Assembly: GCA_035941735.1 (NCBI GenBank)
Contig: DASZDS010000034.1
Span: 145,109-209,108, forward strand
Source of the DNA: Allosphingosinicella sp.
GTDB lineage: Bacteria > Pseudomonadota > Alphaproteobacteria > Sphingomonadales > Sphingomonadaceae
Reading direction: 5' to 3'
Length of the DNA stretch: 64,000 nucleotides
Both the position numbers and the translations under genes were made by a program. A model generated the notes under the pieces. That model saw nothing but the letters and a program-made list of their open reading frames with translations, was not told the DNA's origin and ran no database searches. Shown one piece after another: positions 23,188 to 31,629 of this stretch (within the stretch, counting starts at the first letter, position 1; each line of letters begins with the position of its first letter).

Positions 23188-23230
23188 TGTCCGGAAGCGG
23201 ACAGCGGACCTGTCCGGGCGCGGACGCTTT
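23188..23230 (+). promoter_or_regulatory. leader with three mutually exclusive hairpins (GCGGAC x3, TGTCCGG x2)
   Basis: The possible pairings are TGTCCG/CGGACA (23188-23203), CGGACAG/CTGTCCG (23198-23216) and GTCCG/CGGAC (23212-23225), followed by GCTTTGC. The structure lies 16-58 nt upstream of the methyltransferase GTG. Confidence 0.3.
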
Positions 23231-23245
23231 GCTATAGCGGGCGGT

Positions 23246-24040
23246 GTGGAGCCCGACGGACCCTTCGACCGCGCGCTGCGGCGCCTGCGACGCGATCGCG
23301 CCGCCGCCGGCCCGGACTATCTGCCGCGCCGGATGGCCGACGAGCTGCTGGCGCGGCTCGAGCTGGTGACCCGGCCGCTGGCCGACGCGCTCGTTCTCGG
23401 CGGCGCCTATCTCGCCGGGCGGCTGCAGGAACGTGGGCTCGACGCGACCGTCTCGGACGCCGACGAGGACCGCCTCCCCTTCCCCGCGGCCTCGTTCGAC
23501 CTGATCGTCTCAGCCGGCGCGCTCGACACGGTCAACGATCTGCCCGGCGCGCTGATCCAGATCCGGCGGACGCTGCGGCCCGACGGCCTGTTCCTCGCCG
23601 CCTTCGCCGGCGCCGGCAGCCTGCCGCGCCTGCGCCGGGCGCTGCGCGCCGCCGAGGCCGCGGAAGGCCGGGGCGCGGCACCCCGCATCCATCCCCAGAT
23701 CGACGTGCGCACCGCCGGCGACCTGTTGACCCGCGCCGGCTTCGCCCTGCCGGTCGCCGATGCCGAACGGCTCGACTTGCGCTATCCGGACTTCGCCACC
23801 CTGATCGGCGACCTCAGGGGAATGGGGGCCGCGAACCTGCTGCTCGCGCGCGACCGCCGGCCGTTCGGGCGGATCGGCCTCGCCGCCGCGAGGGCCGATT
23901 TCGAGGAGGAAGGCGGCACGGTCGAGCGGTTCGAGATCATTCACCTGGCCGGCTGGGCGCCCGCGCCGGATCAGCCCAAGGCGGCGCCGCGCGGCAGCGG
24001 CTCGGTGTCGCTCGCGGACGCGCTCAAGCCGCGCGACTGA
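23246..24040 (+). CDS. class I SAM-dependent methyltransferase (BioC/NDUFAF5-like)
   Basis: FDLIVSAGALDTVNDLPGALIQIRRTLRPDGLFLAAF is a Methyltransf_11-like motif. I place the start at the GTG at 23246 (VEPDGPFDRALRRLRR); the start is uncertain. Confidence 0.65.
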   Translation: MEPDGPFDRALRRLRRDRAAAGPDYLPRRMADELLARLELVTRPLADALVLGGAYLAGRLQERGLDATVSDADEDRLPFPAASFDLIVSAGALDTVNDLPGALIQIRRTLRPDGLFLAAFAGAGSLPRLRRALRAAEAAEGRGAAPRIHPQIDVRTAGDLLTRAGFALPVADAERLDLRYPDFATLIGDLRGMGAANLLLARDRRPFGRIGLAAARADFEEEGGTVERFEIIHLAGWAPAPDQPKAAPRGSGSVSLADALKPRD

Positions 24041-25092
24041 ATCAGGATCAGGGCGAGCAGGATGATCGGCGCGAGCGGCGCGAGGTTCGGCCCGCCGCCC
24101 CAGCCGGCGACCTGGACCAGAGCGAGGAACAGGATCGCCCAGGCGAGCCCGACCAGCGGCAACGCGCGGCGCCGCGCGATCAGCCAGAGGAAGGGCACGA
24201 TCAGGATCAGGGTGTCGTAGACGAATAGATAGGGGCTCGCGAGCGCGGTCGCGGCGGCGAGCGCGGCGGCCCGCTTGCCGATCTCCGTCTCGCGATACCA
24301 GATCAGGCAGGCCGCGCCGGCCGCGGCCAGGCCGACCAAAGCGTGCGCAGCCCAGGCGGGCGCCGCCGCCAGCCCGGCGAGCCTCAGCGCGCCGTAGACG
24401 CCGGCCATGCGGTGCCAGCCGGCGAGGCCTTCGCTGGCGACCGAGACGATGAGGCCGGCATTGGCGAGCCAAGCCTGCCACGGCGCCCAGCCGAACAGAA
24501 GAAGGCTGACGAGGATCGGGCCCGCGGCCGAAGCGGCCGCGCCCGCGATCGCCCGCCACTCCCGCCCGGCCAGCAGCGCCAGCGGCACGACCAGGCCGAG
24601 CTGCGGCTTCACGATCAGCAGGCCGAGCAGGATCCCCGCGGCGAACGGGCGCTTCGGCAGCAGGGCCATGCCGCCGACGAACAAGGCGGCGGTGAGCAGG
24701 CCGGCCTGGCCGGTGATGACGTTGATCAGCAGCGGCGGGAAGGACAGCGCCAGCCAGGGCATATCGGGCGCCCAGCGCCGGATCGCCGCGCAATAGGCCG
24801 CGAAGGTCAGCAGCACCCAGTTCGCCGCCGCGGCCGGATAGGCGAGCAGGCCGAACGGCGCCACCAGCAGCAGGAAGCAGGGGGGGTAGGCGAACGGGAG
24901 CGCGCCGCCCAGGGGGATCGCGCCGAGCTCGACGGCGCGGTGGAGCGCGACGTCGTAGGCGCCCGCCGGATTGCCGGCGTCGGCAAGTCGCGCCGCCGCC
25001 CAATAGCTGACGAAATCCATCTGATAGGGATCGGAGAGCATGGTGACGAGCGCGACCACCGCGAGGAACAGGAACAGCAAGGCGACGGTCAT
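23971..25092 (-). CDS. polytopic membrane glycosyltransferase-like protein (GT87 / DUF2029-like)
   Basis: The ATG at 25092 gives MTVALLFLFLAVVALV. About 10 hydrophobic helices, with a DFVSYWAAARLA motif near the N-terminus as in the DUF2029 family. The family assignment is from memory. Confidence 0.6.
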   Translation of the reverse strand: MTVALLFLFLAVVALVTMLSDPYQMDFVSYWAAARLADAGNPAGAYDVALHRAVELGAIPLGGALPFAYPPCFLLLVAPFGLLAYPAAAANWVLLTFAAYCAAIRRWAPDMPWLALSFPPLLINVITGQAGLLTAALFVGGMALLPKRPFAAGILLGLLIVKPQLGLVVPLALLAGREWRAIAGAAASAAGPILVSLLLFGWAPWQAWLANAGLIVSVASEGLAGWHRMAGVYGALRLAGLAAAPAWAAHALVGLAAAGAACLIWYRETEIGKRAAALAAATALASPYLFVYDTLILIVPFLWLIARRRALPLVGLAWAILFLALVQVAGWGGGPNLAPLAPIILLALILIQSRGLSASASDTEPLPRGAALG

Positions 25093-25121
25093 CGCCGGCA
25101 GCCGCAGCCTGCCCTCGCCGC

Positions 25122-25511
25122 TCACAGCAGCGCCTCGATGAGGCCGATCAGCGGGGCGTCGGCGGGCGGCATGGCCAGCGCGCGCATCGCCGCCGGCGTC
25201 TCCCAGCGCAGCGCGCTGGCGTCGAGCGGCCTCGGCTCGCCCTCCCAGCGCCGGCACAGATAGAGGAGCAGGATCATGTGGCTTGCCCCGTTGCGCGCGC
25301 TGGCGAAGCAGGCGGGCGCGAGGTCGGCGGGCGCGATCTCGATCCCCAGCTCCTCGCGCAGCTCGCGCACCAGCGCCGATTCGGGCAGCTCGCCCGCTTC
25401 CACCTTGCCGCCGGGAAATTCCCACAGGCCCGCCATCGCCCGGCCCGGGGCGCGCTGCTGGAGCAGCAGCCGGCCGCCTTGATCGGCGAGCGCCGCCGCG
25501 ACGACGGTCAT
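25122..25511 (-). CDS. mutT: NUDIX hydrolase, MutT-type (8-oxo-dGTP diphosphatase-like)
   Basis: Nudix box GLWEFPGGKVEAGELPESALVRELREELGI. The ATG at 25511 gives MTVVAAAL. Confidence 0.8.
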   Translation of the reverse strand: MTVVAAALADQGGRLLLQQRAPGRAMAGLWEFPGGKVEAGELPESALVRELREELGIEIAPADLAPACFASARNGASHMILLLYLCRRWEGEPRPLDASALRWETPAAMRALAMPPADAPLIGLIEALL

Positions 25512-25604
25512 TGTCGGAATTTTTTCCAAGTCGGCGCCTCTTGAAAAGCTTTCGTTAACGGTATGCCCGCTATCTGGCGCCAATCAATGGCAGGGATGGG
25601 GCCG

Positions 25605-25775
25605 ATGCGATATCTGCGAAAGCTGGCCGGGGACGAGAAGGGCGCGACCGTGGTCGAATATGGCCTGATCCTGGCGCTGATCTTCCTCGCCATGATGGTC
25701 GGCGTAATGGCGGTCGGCACCACCACCGCGAACATGTGGAACAACGTCTCCGAGGCGGTCCGCAACAACGCCTGA
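25605..25775 (+). CDS. flp: Flp family type IVb pilin
   Basis: MRYLRKLAGDEKGATVVEYGLILALIFLAMM carries the Flp motif (G/ATxxEYGLI) and a hydrophobic helix. A strong terminator follows. Confidence 0.8.
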   Translation: MRYLRKLAGDEKGATVVEYGLILALIFLAMMVGVMAVGTTTANMWNNVSEAVRNNA

Positions 25776-25800
25776 TCGGGGCCCGTCCGAGACCGCGCGA

Positions 25801-25833
25801 GGCGGCCGCAATCGCGGCCGCCTTTCCCTTTTC
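25801..25833 (+). terminator. intrinsic terminator after flp copy 1
   Basis: GGCGGCCGC-AATC-GCGGCCGCC, followed by TTTCCCTTTTC. Confidence 0.8.
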
Positions 25834-25987
25834 GGCACCCGGTAATTCCCCTCTGCCGGGAGCCGCCCGCCATTAAATGTTTGGAAACTTCCCTCGCTTA
25901 TGGAGGTGACAGTCGACCCATGAACCAAGCGCGGGCGGCCAGGAAGTGTGGACTTCCGCAAGGAATGTGGAACCAAGGAGACCGGAA

Positions 25988-26149
25988 ATGTTCATTCGCA
26001 AGCTGATCAAGAGCAACAAGGGCGCGACCGCCATCGAATATGGCCTGATCGCCGCTCTGATCGCCGTCGCCGCCATCACCGCGATGCAGGGCCTCGGCAC
26101 CAGCCTCAAGGGCACCTTCAACAACGTTTCTTCGGCGATGAACGGCTAA
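25988..26149 (+). CDS. flp: Flp family type IVb pilin (second copy)
   Basis: MFIRKLIKSNKGATAIEYGLIAALIAVAAI. GGAGACC lies 6 nt upstream of the ATG, and a terminator follows. Confidence 0.8.
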   Translation: MFIRKLIKSNKGATAIEYGLIAALIAVAAITAMQGLGTSLKGTFNNVSSAMNG

Positions 26150-26175
26150 TCCCGCTCGACTCGAAAGCGTTGCGA

Positions 26176-26210
26176 GGGGCGGCGGAAGCAATTCCGCCGC
26201 CCTTCTCTTG
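26176..26210 (+). terminator. intrinsic terminator after flp copy 2
   Basis: GGGCGGCGGAA-GCAA-TTCCGCCGCCC (11-bp stem, GNRA-type loop), followed by TTCTCTTG. Confidence 0.7.
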
Positions 26211-26226
26211 TCCGGCGCTCCCCCTT

Positions 26227-26255
26227 TCGTCATTGCGAGCGTAGCGAAGCAATCC
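26227..26255. repeat. REP family A-related single unit (CGTCATTGCGAGCGTAGCGAAGCAATCC)
   Basis: It has the same CGTCAT lead-in and a hairpin ATTGC...GCAAT. This sequence type recurs widely in alphaproteobacterial intergenic DNA, from my recollection. Confidence 0.6.
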
Positions 26256-26260
26256 GGTTC

Positions 26261-26285
26261 GGAAAAAGAGTGACTGTCACTCTTT
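26261..26285 (-). terminator. intrinsic terminator after accA
   Basis: On the minus strand, AAAGAGTGAC-A-GTCACTCTTT is followed by TTTCC, 4 nt after the accA stop. Confidence 0.7.
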
Positions 26286-26288
26286 CTC

Positions 26289-27230
26289 TCAGGCCAGGGC
26301 CAGATACTTCTCCCGCCGCTGCGCGCGGACCTCCTCGCGCGACAGCGCCTGGAGCGCGTCGAGCTCCTCGCGGAGCGCCTCGCCCAAGGCGGCGATCGCT
26401 TCGGCGGGATGGCGGTGGGCGCCGCCGACCGGCTCGGGCACCACCCGGTCGATCACTTCCAATTGCTTCAAATCGCCGGCCGTCACCCGCATCGCCTCGG
26501 CGGCCTCGGGCGCCTTGTCGGCGGTACGCCACAGGATCGAGGCGCAGCCCTCGGGCGAGATCACCGCGTAGATTGCATGTTCGAGCATGAGCACGCGGTT
26601 CGCGGCCGCGATTCCGATCGCTCCCCCCGACATGCCCTCGCCGGTGATCGCGGTGACCAGCGGCACGCCCACGGCGAGGCATTTCTCGGTCGCCCGGGCG
26701 ATCGCCTCGGCCTGGCCGCGCTCCTCGGCCTGGACTCCGGGAAAGGCGCCCGGCGTGTCGACGAGGGTGACGACGGGAAGGGCGAAGCGGTCGGCCAGAT
26801 CCATCAGCCGGATCGCCTTGCGATAGCCTTCCGGCCGCGCCATGCCGAAATTGTGCTCGAGGCGGCTCGCCGTGTCGTCGCCTTTCTCCTGGCCGATCAC
26901 GACGATCCGGCGGCCCTCCAGCCGGCCAAGGCCGCCGATCACGGCGGTATCGTCGGCGAAGTTGCGGTCGCCCGCGAGGGGAACGAAATCCTCGATCAGC
27001 GCGGCCACGAAGTCGCGGAAATGGGGGCGCTCGGGATGGCGGGCGACCTGGGTCTTCTGCCAGGGCGTGAGCCTGGCGTAGGTGTCGCGCAGCAGCCGCG
27101 CCGAGCGCTCCTCGAGCCGGGCGATCTCGGCCTCGATATTGGCCTCGCCGGCCGAAGCGGTCTCGCGCAGCTCGGCGATCCGCGCCTCCAGCTCCGCAAT
27201 CGGCTTTTCGAAGTCGAGAAAGGTCGCCAT
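26289..27230 (-). CDS. accA: acetyl-CoA carboxylase carboxyltransferase subunit alpha
   Basis: 313 aa resembling AccA over the full length ([11 protein letters not shown]..., [30 protein letters not shown]). Confidence 0.95.
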   Translation of the reverse strand: MATFLDFEKPIAELEARIAELRETASAGEANIEAEIARLEERSARLLRDTYARLTPWQKTQVARHPERPHFRDFVAALIEDFVPLAGDRNFADDTAVIGGLGRLEGRRIVVIGQEKGDDTASRLEHNFGMARPEGYRKAIRLMDLADRFALPVVTLVDTPGAFPGVQAEERGQAEAIARATEKCLAVGVPLVTAITGEGMSGGAIGIAAANRVLMLEHAIYAVISPEGCASILWRTADKAPEAAEAMRVTAGDLKQLEVIDRVVPEPVGGAHRHPAEAIAALGEALREELDALQALSREEVRAQRREKYLALA

Positions 27231-27242
27231 GAGCGGCGCGGG

Positions 27243-28166
27243 TTAAGCCGGGTTCGCCTTCGCGTCAACGAGCGGGTGGCGCTGGTTGACGAGCTCGATC
27301 AGGCGGCGCGAATCGACGTGGGTGTAGATCTGGGTGGTGGCGATGTCGGCGTGGCCGAGCAGCATCTGGACGGCGCGCAGGTCGGCGCCGCCCTCGAGCA
27401 AATGGGTGGCGAAGGCGTGGCGCAGCACGTGCGGGCTGATCCGCTCGGGCGGGATGCCGGCGTCGGCGGCGAGGTCGCGCACCAGCTGATAGAGCCGCAC
27501 CCGGGAGAGATGCTTCTTCCCCGACGGGAAGAGGTAGAGCGCGTCGCGAGGGACCGAAGCGGTATGTTCGGCGACGGCCGCCCGGGCGCGGTCCGAGATC
27601 GGCACCAGCCGCTCGCGCCCGCCCTTGCCCTTGAGGATCAGGAACGGCCGGTCGGGCGCTACCGCATTGCGCGGCAGCGACACCAGCTCGCTGGCCCTGA
27701 GGCCCGAGCCGTAGAGCAGCTCGACCAGAGCGGCAAGGCGCAGCGCCGCCGCCCCGCCCTCCGCCTTGCGGCGCTCGATCTCGGCGAACAGAGCCTCGAC
27801 CGCGCTATGATCGAGCACCTTCGGGAGCGGCCGCTCGCGCACCGGCCGCGGCAGCGCCGCGGAAGGGTCGTCGGCGCGCATCCCCTCGTCGTGGAGGAAG
27901 CCGTAGAAGCGTCGCAACGCCGCCGATTTGCGCGCGACGGTCGCGCGGCTCAGGGGCATCCAGGCCTCGGCGAGCCGCCTGATCTCGTCCGGCGCCGCCA
28001 AGGCGAGCCGGCCGCCGAGCAGCGCGGAGGCGCCGTTGAGGTCGCGCTCATAAGCGAGCAGGGTGTTGCGCGCGGCGCCCGCTTCCGCCGCCATCATTTC
28101 GAGGAAGGCCGCGATCCGCTGCCGGTCCTCGGCATTATTCGATTCGCGCTCCGCGCGGGGGCTCAC
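27243..28166 (-). CDS. xerD: site-specific tyrosine recombinase XerD
   Basis: The N-terminal motif [23 protein letters not shown] is typical of XerD. Catalytic region [39 protein letters not shown]. The ATG overlaps the upstream stop (4 nt). Confidence 0.9.
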   Translation of the reverse strand: MSPRAERESNNAEDRQRIAAFLEMMAAEAGAARNTLLAYERDLNGASALLGGRLALAAPDEIRRLAEAWMPLSRATVARKSAALRRFYGFLHDEGMRADDPSAALPRPVRERPLPKVLDHSAVEALFAEIERRKAEGGAAALRLAALVELLYGSGLRASELVSLPRNAVAPDRPFLILKGKGGRERLVPISDRARAAVAEHTASVPRDALYLFPSGKKHLSRVRLYQLVRDLAADAGIPPERISPHVLRHAFATHLLEGGADLRAVQMLLGHADIATTQIYTHVDSRRLIELVNQRHPLVDAKANPA

Positions 28167-29959
28167 AGCCGCGCCACGGCCTCGGCGGCGATCATCCGGG
28201 CCTCATGGTCGAGCCCGACCACGCGCAGCGCCCGGACGATGCGGAACAGGTAAGCGGGCGGAACGCCGCGCCAGCCCTCGGTCTGCATGCCGACGCCGGC
28301 GAGCAGGGCGATCGCGCCCGGCGCGCGCGCCCGCGCCGCTTCGTCCATCGCGGCGGTCCAGCGGTCGTCATCGCCGAGACGCAGGCCCGCGCGCGCCGCC
28401 TGGTCGGCGTTGATCCGCCCGAGCCCGGCGAGCGCGGCGGCGAGCAGCTGCGAGCGCAGCCGGCCGGCGCTGTCGTCGGCGGCGACGAAGGCGTCGAGGC
28501 GGTCGCTGACGATCGCGCGCGGCGCGCCGACCGCAAGCAGCGCCCAGGCGCGGCTCCCCTCCCCCGTCTGCTCGACGATCGGCGCCCAGCGCGCGGCCTC
28601 GCGGTCCATGCCGGCGCTCAGCATCGCGGCGATCAGCCCCTCGGCATCGCCGGCGAGATCGGCCGCCGGCGCGATCCGGGCGGCGGCGCCGGCGGTGAGG
28701 ATCGAGCGGGCGTAGCGCGCCTCGGGCGCCTCGCCGCCCTCGCGCCAGAGCTCGCGGATCGCGCCCATCCGCTCGCCGACGTCGCGGCCCACCCAGGCGG
28801 TGCGCAGCCGCGCCGCGGCCGATCCCGCAATCTCGGCCGGGTCGGTCTCGTCGAGCACCAGGCTGTAGAGCTCGACCAGCGAGTGCGAGGAGAAGACGCC
28901 CAAGGCCGCCGCGGTCGACGCGGCCGCGAGCCGCTGCTCGAGCGGCACCATCGGCGCGCGGGCGAGCCAGGCGCGGATCTCGGGCCGGGCGCCGTTCATC
29001 AGCCGCGGGGGTATGTCGAGGCCGACGGCGCTGGCGAGGCCGAAGCGCCAGGCGTTGATCTCGGCGACCCCGTCCCACTGGATGTCGACCGCGCGCCGGG
29101 TCTCGGCGCCGGCGCCGACCACCTTTTCGGCGAGCAGCAGGTCGATGCTGGTGCCGGCCTGGCCGCGGGCCTGGTCGATCAGCGCGGTGGCGCGCGCCGC
29201 CTCGCCCTCCAGCGCCGCGCACATGCCGTCGGCGAGGATCCAGACCGGGTCGCTCGACCAGCCCCGCGCCGGGGCCACGAGCGGGCAGAGCGCGGCGGGA
29301 TCGGCGGTGGCGAGCGCGGTCTGGGCCGCGACCTCGACCATGCGCGGCGTATATTGTTCGACGTCGACCGCCTCGACCAGCATCCGCGCCGCATCGGCCT
29401 CGCCCATCCTGAGCAGCAGGGCGGCGCGCTCGGCGACCCAGTCGACCGGCTGCACGCCCGCCGGCGCCGCGAGCCGCGACAGCAGCGCGCGGCGCAGCAG
29501 GATCGAGGTCCAGCGCGACGGCAAAGGCGCGTCGAGTCGGTTCATCAAGGCGGCGTAGAGCGGGCCATTGCTCCTGCCGAACGCATATTCGCCGAGGCCG
29601 AAATTGCCGGGCTGGAGCGGACCGACGAAATCGGTCGGGCGGGCGGAGCCTTCGGGGATCGAGAAATAATTGCTCGGCCGCGGCAGCGCCGACTGGTCGA
29701 GCGCAACCTCCTCGACGTCGCCCATCATGTTGCCGGACATCTGGTTGTCGGCCTCGTTGCCGACGAGCGTCGGCACGGTCGGCAATTGCGGGCGGTTTTG
29801 CGGCGGCGGCGCCTTCTGCTCGGGCGGCGGCAGGGTCTGCGGGTCGCCGAAGCCCGGCGGCAGCAGCGATTCGGGCGCGCGGTCCTGGCCGAGCGCCGGC
29901 AGCGCCGCGGCCAGAATGCCGGCGCCGGCGACGAGCAGCGCTCTAGTGCGCCAGCGCAT
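28163..29959 (-). CDS. hypothetical secreted/periplasmic protein, Ala/Leu-rich and helical
   Basis: Signal peptide MRWRTRALLVAGAGILAAALPALGQ, then a Pro-rich linker and about 500 aa of helical repeat-like sequence. I recognise no family. It is translationally coupled to xerD. Confidence 0.65.
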   Translation of the reverse strand: MRWRTRALLVAGAGILAAALPALGQDRAPESLLPPGFGDPQTLPPPEQKAPPPQNRPQLPTVPTLVGNEADNQMSGNMMGDVEEVALDQSALPRPSNYFSIPEGSARPTDFVGPLQPGNFGLGEYAFGRSNGPLYAALMNRLDAPLPSRWTSILLRRALLSRLAAPAGVQPVDWVAERAALLLRMGEADAARMLVEAVDVEQYTPRMVEVAAQTALATADPAALCPLVAPARGWSSDPVWILADGMCAALEGEAARATALIDQARGQAGTSIDLLLAEKVVGAGAETRRAVDIQWDGVAEINAWRFGLASAVGLDIPPRLMNGARPEIRAWLARAPMVPLEQRLAAASTAAALGVFSSHSLVELYSLVLDETDPAEIAGSAAARLRTAWVGRDVGERMGAIRELWREGGEAPEARYARSILTAGAAARIAPAADLAGDAEGLIAAMLSAGMDREAARWAPIVEQTGEGSRAWALLAVGAPRAIVSDRLDAFVAADDSAGRLRSQLLAAALAGLGRINADQAARAGLRLGDDDRWTAAMDEAARARAPGAIALLAGVGMQTEGWRGVPPAYLFRIVRALRVVGLDHEARMIAAEAVARL

Positions 29960-30113
29960 TGGTCACGTCCTGCTCGATCCGGGCCGGGGCGACCTCGCTG
30001 TTCTTCGCCCAGGCGTAGACGAGCAAGGCGACGAGCAGCGCGGCGAGGACGAGGAGGATGAGGGAAGCCGGCGAACGGCGGCGGCGGGTCGGGGCGAAAC
30101 TGGTTCTACGCAT
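29943..30113 (-). CDS. putative small membrane protein (56 aa; below the ORF-track cut-off)
   Basis: My own translation is MRRTSFAPTRRRRSPASLILLVLAALLVALLVYAWAKNSEVAPARIEQDVTNALAH. It has a positive-inside N-terminus, one TM helix and high GC3. An in-frame stop lies 45 nt upstream of the ATG. The 3' end overlaps the start of the downstream 598-aa gene by 17 nt. The Shine-Dalgarno is weak (AAAGG). Confidence 0.4.
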   Translation of the reverse strand: MRRTSFAPTRRRRSPASLILLVLAALLVALLVYAWAKNSEVAPARIEQDVTNALAH

Positions 30114-30160
30114 GGCCGGCCTTTTGCCCCAGCGGGGCGCGCTCTGTATAGCCCCCGATC

Positions 30161-30688
30161 ATGGTCCAAGCCCGCCAGAGCCAGGAAAAGTCGATCGCGC
30201 TGGTCGGCCTGATGGGCGCCGGCAAGTCCAGCGTCGGGCGGCGGCTGGCGAAGCGGCTGGGCCTTCCCTTCGTCGACGCCGACGCGGAGATCGAAGCCGC
30301 CGCCGGCCTCCCCATCGCCGAGATTTTCGAGCTCTATGGAGAGACTCACTTTCGCGAGGGCGAACGCCGCGTGCTGGCGCGCCTGCTCGCCGGGCCGCCC
30401 AGGGTGATCGCGACCGGCGGCGGCGCGTTCATGGACCCGGAGACGCGCAGGCTGATCCTCGAGCGATGCATCGCGATCTGGCTCGACGCCGAGGTCGAGA
30501 TCCTCGCCGAGCGCGTCGGCCGGCGCGATCACCGGCCGCTGCTCAGAGGCAAGGACCCGGTCGCCCTGCTGCGCAGCCTCGCCGAGATCCGCAATCCCGT
30601 CTACGCCGAGGCTCATCTCGCGATCCGCGGTGCGCTGCCGCACGAGCGCATGGTCGACCGGATCGTCGCGGCGCTGGCCGCGCGATGA
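30161..30688 (+). CDS. aroK: shikimate kinase
   Basis: P-loop LVGLMGAGKSSVGRRLA and DADAEIE. The stop overlaps the aroB ATG (ATGA). Confidence 0.9.
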   Translation: MVQARQSQEKSIALVGLMGAGKSSVGRRLAKRLGLPFVDADAEIEAAAGLPIAEIFELYGETHFREGERRVLARLLAGPPRVIATGGGAFMDPETRRLILERCIAIWLDAEVEILAERVGRRDHRPLLRGKDPVALLRSLAEIRNPVYAEAHLAIRGALPHERMVDRIVAALAAR

Positions 30689-31629
30689 TCCGGATCGGCG
30701 AGGGCCTGATCGGCGCGGCCGCGCTGCCGCCCCATGGCAAGCTGTTCCTGGTCACCGACGCGAATGTCGCGGCCGCGGGCTGGCCGGACCGGCTCGGCGC
30801 GGATTTCGCGGGCCGCCACGTGCTGACGCCCGGCGAGGCGAGCAAGAGCATGGCCGAGGCGGAGGCGCTGATCGAGGCGATGATCGACGCCGGCATCCGC
30901 CGCGACGACCATGTCGTCGCCGTCGGCGGCGGCGTGGTCGGCGACCTGGCCGGGTTCGCGGCGGCGATCCTCAAGCGCGGCTGCAACTGGATCGCGGTGC
31001 CGACGAGTCTGCTCGCCCAGGCCGACGCTGCGATCGGCGGCAAGACCGGGGTCAATGCGCGCCAGGGCAAGAATCTGATCGGCGCCTTCCATCCGCCCGC
31101 CGCGGTGCTGATCGACCCCGCCGCGCTCGCGACGCTGCCCGACCGCGAGCTGCGCGCGGGCTATGCCGAAGTGGTCAAATACGGCCTGATCGCCGATCCC
31201 GATTTCTTCGCCTGGTGCGAGGCGAACGGCGCGGCCCTGCTCGCCGGCGACAAGGCGGCGCGGCTCCACGCGATCGAGACCTGCCTGGCCGCCAAGACGG
31301 CTTTGGTCGCCGGCGACGAACGCGACACGCAAGGGCGGCGCGCCCTGCTCAATTTCGGCCACAGCTTCGGCCACGCGATCGAGGCGGAGGCCGGCCTGCG
31401 GCACGGCGAGGCGGTTGCGATCGGGATGGCGATGGCGTTCGAGCTGTCGGTCGAGCGCGGCCTCTGCCCGGCCGGGGACGCGGCGCGGGCGATCGCCCAC
31501 CTCGCCGAGATCGGATTGCCGGTGACGACCGAGGTCGCGCCGGCGCGGCTCGCCGCGCGCATGGCGCACGACAAGAAAGCCGGCGTGATGGTGCTGACCC
31601 GAGGCATCGGCAAGGCGTTCCTTACTTAG
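30685..31629 (+). CDS. aroB: 3-dehydroquinate synthase
   Basis: Contains GGGVVGDLAGFAAAILKRG, PTSLLAQADAAIGGKTGVN, KNLIGAFHPP and NFGHSFGHAIE. The ATG at 30685 gives a product of about 314 aa, somewhat short for AroB. Confidence 0.9.
   Translation: MIRIGEGLIGAAALPPHGKLFLVTDANVAAAGWPDRLGADFAGRHVLTPGEASKSMAEAEALIEAMIDAGIRRDDHVVAVGGGVVGDLAGFAAAILKRGCNWIAVPTSLLAQADAAIGGKTGVNARQGKNLIGAFHPPAAVLIDPAALATLPDRELRAGYAEVVKYGLIADPDFFAWCEANGAALLAGDKAARLHAIETCLAAKTALVAGDERDTQGRRALLNFGHSFGHAIEAEAGLRHGEAVAIGMAMAFELSVERGLCPAGDAARAIAHLAEIGLPVTTEVAPARLAARMAHDKKAGVMVLTRGIGKAFLT

Noticed and set aside
23188-23204. GTCCGGAAGCGGACAGC resembles the SRP (4.5S) RNA domain IV motif GUCCGGAAGGAAGCAGC, so I considered an ffs gene in the pcm/methyltransferase spacer.
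   Set aside because: The GGAA tetraloop would not be closed by the conserved pairs. The symmetric and asymmetric loop sequences are missing, and no extended helix 5-like pairing is present in the flanks. I kept it only as an attenuator-like structure.
23185-23245. A TTG-initiated ORF running through the hairpin block, considered as a possible attenuator leader peptide.
   Set aside because: It has no RBS, and it continues for 347 codons out of frame over the methyltransferase gene. That marks it as a GC artefact rather than a short leader. It also has no run of regulatory codons.
27243-28166. The tyrosine recombinase as a marker of a prophage or integrative element.
   Set aside because: The sequence features are those of housekeeping XerD. 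It is embedded in an operon with accA and flanked by aroK/aroB, and no phage or mobile genes are nearby.
30058-30684. An upstream extension of the aroB ORF.
   Set aside because: It overlaps aroK, which has a bona fide P-loop protein in another frame. AroB similarity starts at the ATG at 30685, which overlaps the aroK stop.
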